DNA of 64,000 nucleotides from Fidelibacterota bacterium (GTDB lineage: Bacteria > Fidelibacterota > Marinisomatia > Marinisomatales > Marinisomataceae): contig OZ243041.1 in assembly GCA_965212055.1 (NCBI GenBank), forward strand, positions 704,001 through 768,000. Reading direction: 5' to 3'. The position numbers and the translations under genes were made by a program. Each line of letters opens with the position of its first letter. Within the stretch, counting starts at the first letter, position 1. Under the pieces are notes generated by a model that searched no databases, was not told where the DNA came from, and was given only the letters and a program-made list of their open reading frames with translations. Below are positions 60,497 to 64,000 of the stretch, piece by piece.

Positions 60497-60563
60497 TCGA
60501 GTAATTTAAAGTAAAGAGATATAAAAACTTATGAAAATCGAATAAATATTCTAAATTGAAACA

Positions 60564-60725
60564 ATGGAATATTTATTGGTTATTGTAATATTAATTTTTT
60601 CATTTCTACTGATGAATCTTGGATTAATTCTAAAGAATAGACCTCTCAAAAAAGGATGTGGTAATTCTCCAGATGGTTGTGAAATATGTGGTGGAGATGT
60701 AGAAAAATGTGAAGATTCAACTTAG
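60564..60725 (+). CDS. nqrM: Na+-NQR maturation factor NqrM (53 aa; not in ORF track)
   Basis: MEYLLVIVILIFSFLLMNLGLILKNRPLKKGCGNSPDGCEICGGDVEKCEDST: TM plus four Cys; adjacent to apbE. Confidence 0.8.
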   Translation: MEYLLVIVILIFSFLLMNLGLILKNRPLKKGCGNSPDGCEICGGDVEKCEDST

Positions 60726-61729
60726 TTTTTTGGAAAATTATTAGAAAAAATTTTCTCAAAAGAACCGTCTTCATTCTGAACAATCATTAACCCTTCAAAA
60801 TTAGATTTATCTAAGAAATTTTTGACTTCTTTAGTATCCATCATATATAATGCAGTAGATAGTCCATCTGCTTCCATACAGGATGTATTAGTTAATATTG
60901 AAATAGATCCTAAACTAGACTGTATTGGATATCCCGATAATGGGTTGATTTCATGATGATAGAAGTTTTTATCATCATCAACATAGAAATTTCTGTAATT
61001 CCCTGATGTTGCGAGAGAATGGTTTGTAATTGGGACAATATATTCAACATCATTGTTAAAATTACTAATTGATGGCGTACTAACTCCGATTTGCCAAAGT
61101 TTTCCATCTGATATTGTTCTCACTTCACCTCCAATTTCAACCATAATATTTTTATAGTCTAAAATTTCAATAATCTGGTCTACTGCATATCCTTTAGCAA
61201 TAGAACTAAGGTCTATTTGTACTCTTGAATCTTTTTTTCTTATTTTATTACCATCAATTTCTATTAAATCTTGACTAACAAATTGTAAAACGCTATCAAT
61301 TTGAGTTTTGCTGGGAATATCTAGAAATATTTCTGGACCAAATCCCCATAAATTCACTAGCGGCATCACAGTAATATCATATAAACCGTTGGAAATTTCG
61401 TAATATTTAAAAGAAGAAGTTACCACATATGCAAATTCATCAGAAATAGCAAACCATGTGGTGTCGTTAAATGTATTAAAACGAGAAATTTCACTATCGG
61501 ATATATAGGTCGACATTTGGTTATTAATGTCTTCTAAAAGTTGATCAACTTTATCTTTATTATTTGATTGATTTGGAAGTTTAGCAGAATATTTGATGGT
61601 ATAATCTGTTCCCATTGTTTTACCGCTAAATTCATAAAATTCTTTTTCTGCACAACTAATAGACAGAATAGTAAACAGGCAAAAAAGAAATAGCCATAAG
61701 GGTAATGAATATTTTCTAGCCAAAATCAT
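60722..61729 (-). CDS. apbE: FAD:protein FMN transferase (lipoprotein)
   Basis: Lipobox ISC, GKTMGT, MSTY..DSEIS, DLSSIAKGYAVD, EIGGE, ATSGNYRN, ADGLSTA. Confidence 0.94.
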   Translation of the reverse strand: MILARKYSLPLWLFLFCLFTILSISCAEKEFYEFSGKTMGTDYTIKYSAKLPNQSNNKDKVDQLLEDINNQMSTYISDSEISRFNTFNDTTWFAISDEFAYVVTSSFKYYEISNGLYDITVMPLVNLWGFGPEIFLDIPSKTQIDSVLQFVSQDLIEIDGNKIRKKDSRVQIDLSSIAKGYAVDQIIEILDYKNIMVEIGGEVRTISDGKLWQIGVSTPSISNFNNDVEYIVPITNHSLATSGNYRNFYVDDDKNFYHHEINPLSGYPIQSSLGSISILTNTSCMEADGLSTALYMMDTKEVKNFLDKSNFEGLMIVQNEDGSFEKIFSNNFPKN

Positions 61730-62969
61730 CAAAAGCAATCATGTCTTCCTCAACCCCTAAATCTGAAACCATATTCTGTACTGCATCGATCATCATAGGT
61801 GGTCCACACAGATAGTATTCACATTCTGTTGGATCGTCATGATTCTTAAGATACATATCATATGCTACCTGATGAATAAAACCTGTTGGACCATCCCAAT
61901 TATCTTCTTCTAGTGGCTCTGATAGTGCAACTTGGTAGGTAAAATTATCATGCTCTTCTGCTAACAATTTAAATTCATCGTCATAGAACATTTCTTTGAC
62001 AGATCTAGCGCCGTACCAAAACGAAATCTTTCGTTTTGTCTTTTCAGTCCTTAGCAAATGAAAAATATGTGATCTCAGAGGTGCCATTCCAGCTCCACCT
62101 CCGATATAAACCATTTCTCGATTAGTATCTTTAATATAGAAATCACCATAAGGTCCAGAAACCGTAACTTTATCCCCTTGTTTGAGATCAAAAGTATAAG
62201 ATGATGCAATCCCTGGTGGAAGATTAGGTTGCCCAGGAGGTGGGGATGCAATACGAATATTTAACATGATCATATTTCCTTCAGCTGGATGATTTGCCAT
62301 AGAATATGCACGAAATGCTGGTTCAGGATTCTTTGCTTTGTATTGCCAAACATCAAATTTATCCCAATCTTCATTATACATATCTCCTATATCAAAATTC
62401 TTATAATCAATATCTTTATATTTTGGAACATCAATCTGAATAAAACCACCTGGTTCAAATTTTATAGGATCACCCTCTGGCAAATCTAAAATTAGCTCTT
62501 TAATAAAAGTGGCTACATTTTCATTTGAACGAACGGTTAAATCCCATTTTCTAATACTAAAAATTTCATCAGGTACTTGAATCTTCATATCATTTCTAAT
62601 CTTTACCTGACATCCTAAACGCCAATGGTCTCTTTGATCTTTTCTACTAATATAGGTTTTTTCTGTAGTTAGAATTTCTCCACCACCTTCCATAACTTGG
62701 CACTTGCATTGAGAACAAGTTCCTTGTCCTCCACATGCAGATGGTAAATAAACATTTTGAGAAGCCAATGCTGATAATATAGTAGATCCGGTTTGAACTT
62801 TTAGAGCTTTGTCTAGATCATTATTGACTATAATATTCACTTCTCCTTGAGGAAGCCATAAATCTGAAAGGACATTAACAACAATTACTAATAAAAGTAT
62901 TACTGATGCAAAAACTGCAATCCCTAAAAGTACTGTGAGACCAAACTCACTTATAAGAAATTCATTCAT
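61716..62969 (-). CDS. nqrF: Na+-translocating NADH:quinone reductase subunit F
   Basis: SACGGQGTCSQC 2Fe-2S motif, RAYSMANHP, GGGAGMAP, YLCGPP, FDDFG. Confidence 0.97.
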   Translation of the reverse strand: MNEFLISEFGLTVLLGIAVFASVILLLVIVVNVLSDLWLPQGEVNIIVNNDLDKALKVQTGSTILSALASQNVYLPSACGGQGTCSQCKCQVMEGGGEILTTEKTYISRKDQRDHWRLGCQVKIRNDMKIQVPDEIFSIRKWDLTVRSNENVATFIKELILDLPEGDPIKFEPGGFIQIDVPKYKDIDYKNFDIGDMYNEDWDKFDVWQYKAKNPEPAFRAYSMANHPAEGNMIMLNIRIASPPPGQPNLPPGIASSYTFDLKQGDKVTVSGPYGDFYIKDTNREMVYIGGGAGMAPLRSHIFHLLRTEKTKRKISFWYGARSVKEMFYDDEFKLLAEEHDNFTYQVALSEPLEEDNWDGPTGFIHQVAYDMYLKNHDDPTECEYYLCGPPMMIDAVQNMVSDLGVEEDMIAFDDFG

Positions 62970-63607
62970 AAATCAATTCCAGAAAAGGCCATAAAAGCCA
63001 TAGATAGCAATCCAGTTAATATCATTGCCATTCCAACCCCTCTTAACCTAGGTGGAATATTAGAATAACGAAGCCTATATCGAACTGACGCTAATGCAAG
63101 AATTGCTAATAAGAAACCAACGCCAGAACCAAAACCATATACTAATGTTTCTGATAATGAATATTCTCTTTCTACCATAAACATTGATCCTCCTAAAATG
63201 GAACAATTTACAGCAATTAGTGGAAGGAAAATTCCTAAGCCATTATAAAGGGCTTGTGAAAATCGTTCTAGAAACATTTCAATTAATTGAACTGCTGCCG
63301 CAATAACAGCAATAAATACAATAAGTTTTAAGAATGATAAATCAATATTAGCAATAATATTAGCAAGTTCAGGGTTTTCAGGATTAATCCATGATAATGC
63401 ACCTTTATCTAGAAGATATTCATAAATAAACCAATTAATTGGAGTTGTAACTGTCAAAACAACAACTACCGCCATTCCAATTCCAATAGAAGCATCAATC
63501 TTTTTTGAGATAGCTAAAAATGAACAAAGACCTAAGAAATATGCTAAAACCATATTTTCAATAAAAACTGCCTTTGTGAAAATGCTGAGATAATGTTCAA
63601 GACCCAT
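62966..63607 (-). CDS. nqrE: Na+-NQR subunit E
   Basis: FIENMVLAYFLGLC, GIFLPLIAVNC, FSGI. Confidence 0.96.
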   Translation of the reverse strand: MGLEHYLSIFTKAVFIENMVLAYFLGLCSFLAISKKIDASIGIGMAVVVVLTVTTPINWFIYEYLLDKGALSWINPENPELANIIANIDLSFLKLIVFIAVIAAAVQLIEMFLERFSQALYNGLGIFLPLIAVNCSILGGSMFMVEREYSLSETLVYGFGSGVGFLLAILALASVRYRLRYSNIPPRLRGVGMAMILTGLLSMAFMAFSGIDL

Positions 63608-64000
63608 TATTCTTCCTCCTCAAGACCAGCAATTTCTCTTTGCACCCAAATAACAAGGCCTAGTATAAAAAATGCTCCAGGTGATAATACCAATAATCCA
63701 ATATTTTCATATCCTGCATTAATCAACCATTCAGCGTCGCGTTCAATTGAAAATAATACATACCCTGCACCGCCATTTGGTAAAGTAATAGTACCAGCTC
63801 CAAATAACTCCCTAAAGAATGATACAAGAATAATCATCATTCCATAACCCAAACCATTTCCTAATCCATCTAAAAATGCTTTTGATGGTCCATGTTTAAT
63901 TGCAAAGGCCTCAGCACGACCCATAATAATACAATTAGTAACAATAAGACCAACAAACACTGATAACTGTTTACTCATATCATATAAATATGCCTTAAGT
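63607..64000 (-). CDS. nqrD: Na+-NQR subunit D (5' truncated by the window edge)
   Basis: [30 protein letters not shown]; frame open to the window end. Confidence 0.95.
   Translation of the reverse strand, partial: LKAYLYDMSKQLSVFVGLIVTNCIIMGRAEAFAIKHGPSKAFLDGLGNGLGYGMMIILVSFFRELFGAGTITLPNGGAGYVLFSIERDAEWLINAGYENIGLLVLSPGAFFILGLVIWVQREIAGLEEEE

Noticed and set aside
1..64000. tRNA, rRNA, tmRNA genes or IS elements
   Set aside because: Intergenic spaces are mostly under 110 nt and AT-rich; no cloverleaf/T-loop signatures, transposases or terminal inverted repeats seen by eye (tRNAscan/Infernal not run)

Overview
AT-rich, gene-dense bacterial chromosomal segment, almost all on the minus strand. 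Gene order (rplM-rpsI-rpsB-tsf-frr), a T9SS/FlgD-type C-terminal domain, Na+-NQR and the streamlined layout suggest an FCB-group marine bacterium such as Marinimicrobia/SAR406; this taxonomy is an inference. Positions 1-14 kb are accessory/catabolic: MATE, MsrB, TonB-dependent receptor, Ser/Thr dehydratase, secreted M43 metalloprotease, fused indolepyruvate:ferredoxin oxidoreductase and a haloalkane-dehalogenase-like hydrolase. A class II (B12) ribonucleotide reductase follows, then housekeeping genes (translation, pyr, acc, MoxR/DUF58, dnaK, lolCDE, lysS, prfB with +1 frameshift, dacA, folP, ftsH, tilS), a System I* cytochrome c maturation operon, a B12 acyl-CoA mutase, dxs/pdxST/ispH, pduO, nhaD and nqrDEF-apbE. 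No rRNA, tRNA, CRISPR array or transposase was seen. Most notable observations: (1) an exact 41-bp duplication plus a 21-bp insert with stops in all three frames, which cuts the conserved DADFEVV tail off dnaK; (2) a PNPOx-like flavin-domain/MenA prenyltransferase fusion; (3) an archaeal-type GAPDH homolog with an altered active site; (4) three small genes missed by the ORF track (CcmD-like, minimal CcmI-like, and NqrM on the opposite strand); (5) an isobutyryl-CoA-mutase-type signature; (6) a recurrent TAARTT -10 box just upstream of SD-less start codons, suggesting leaderless mRNAs; (7) a sigma54-type promoter plus palindrome upstream of dnaK.
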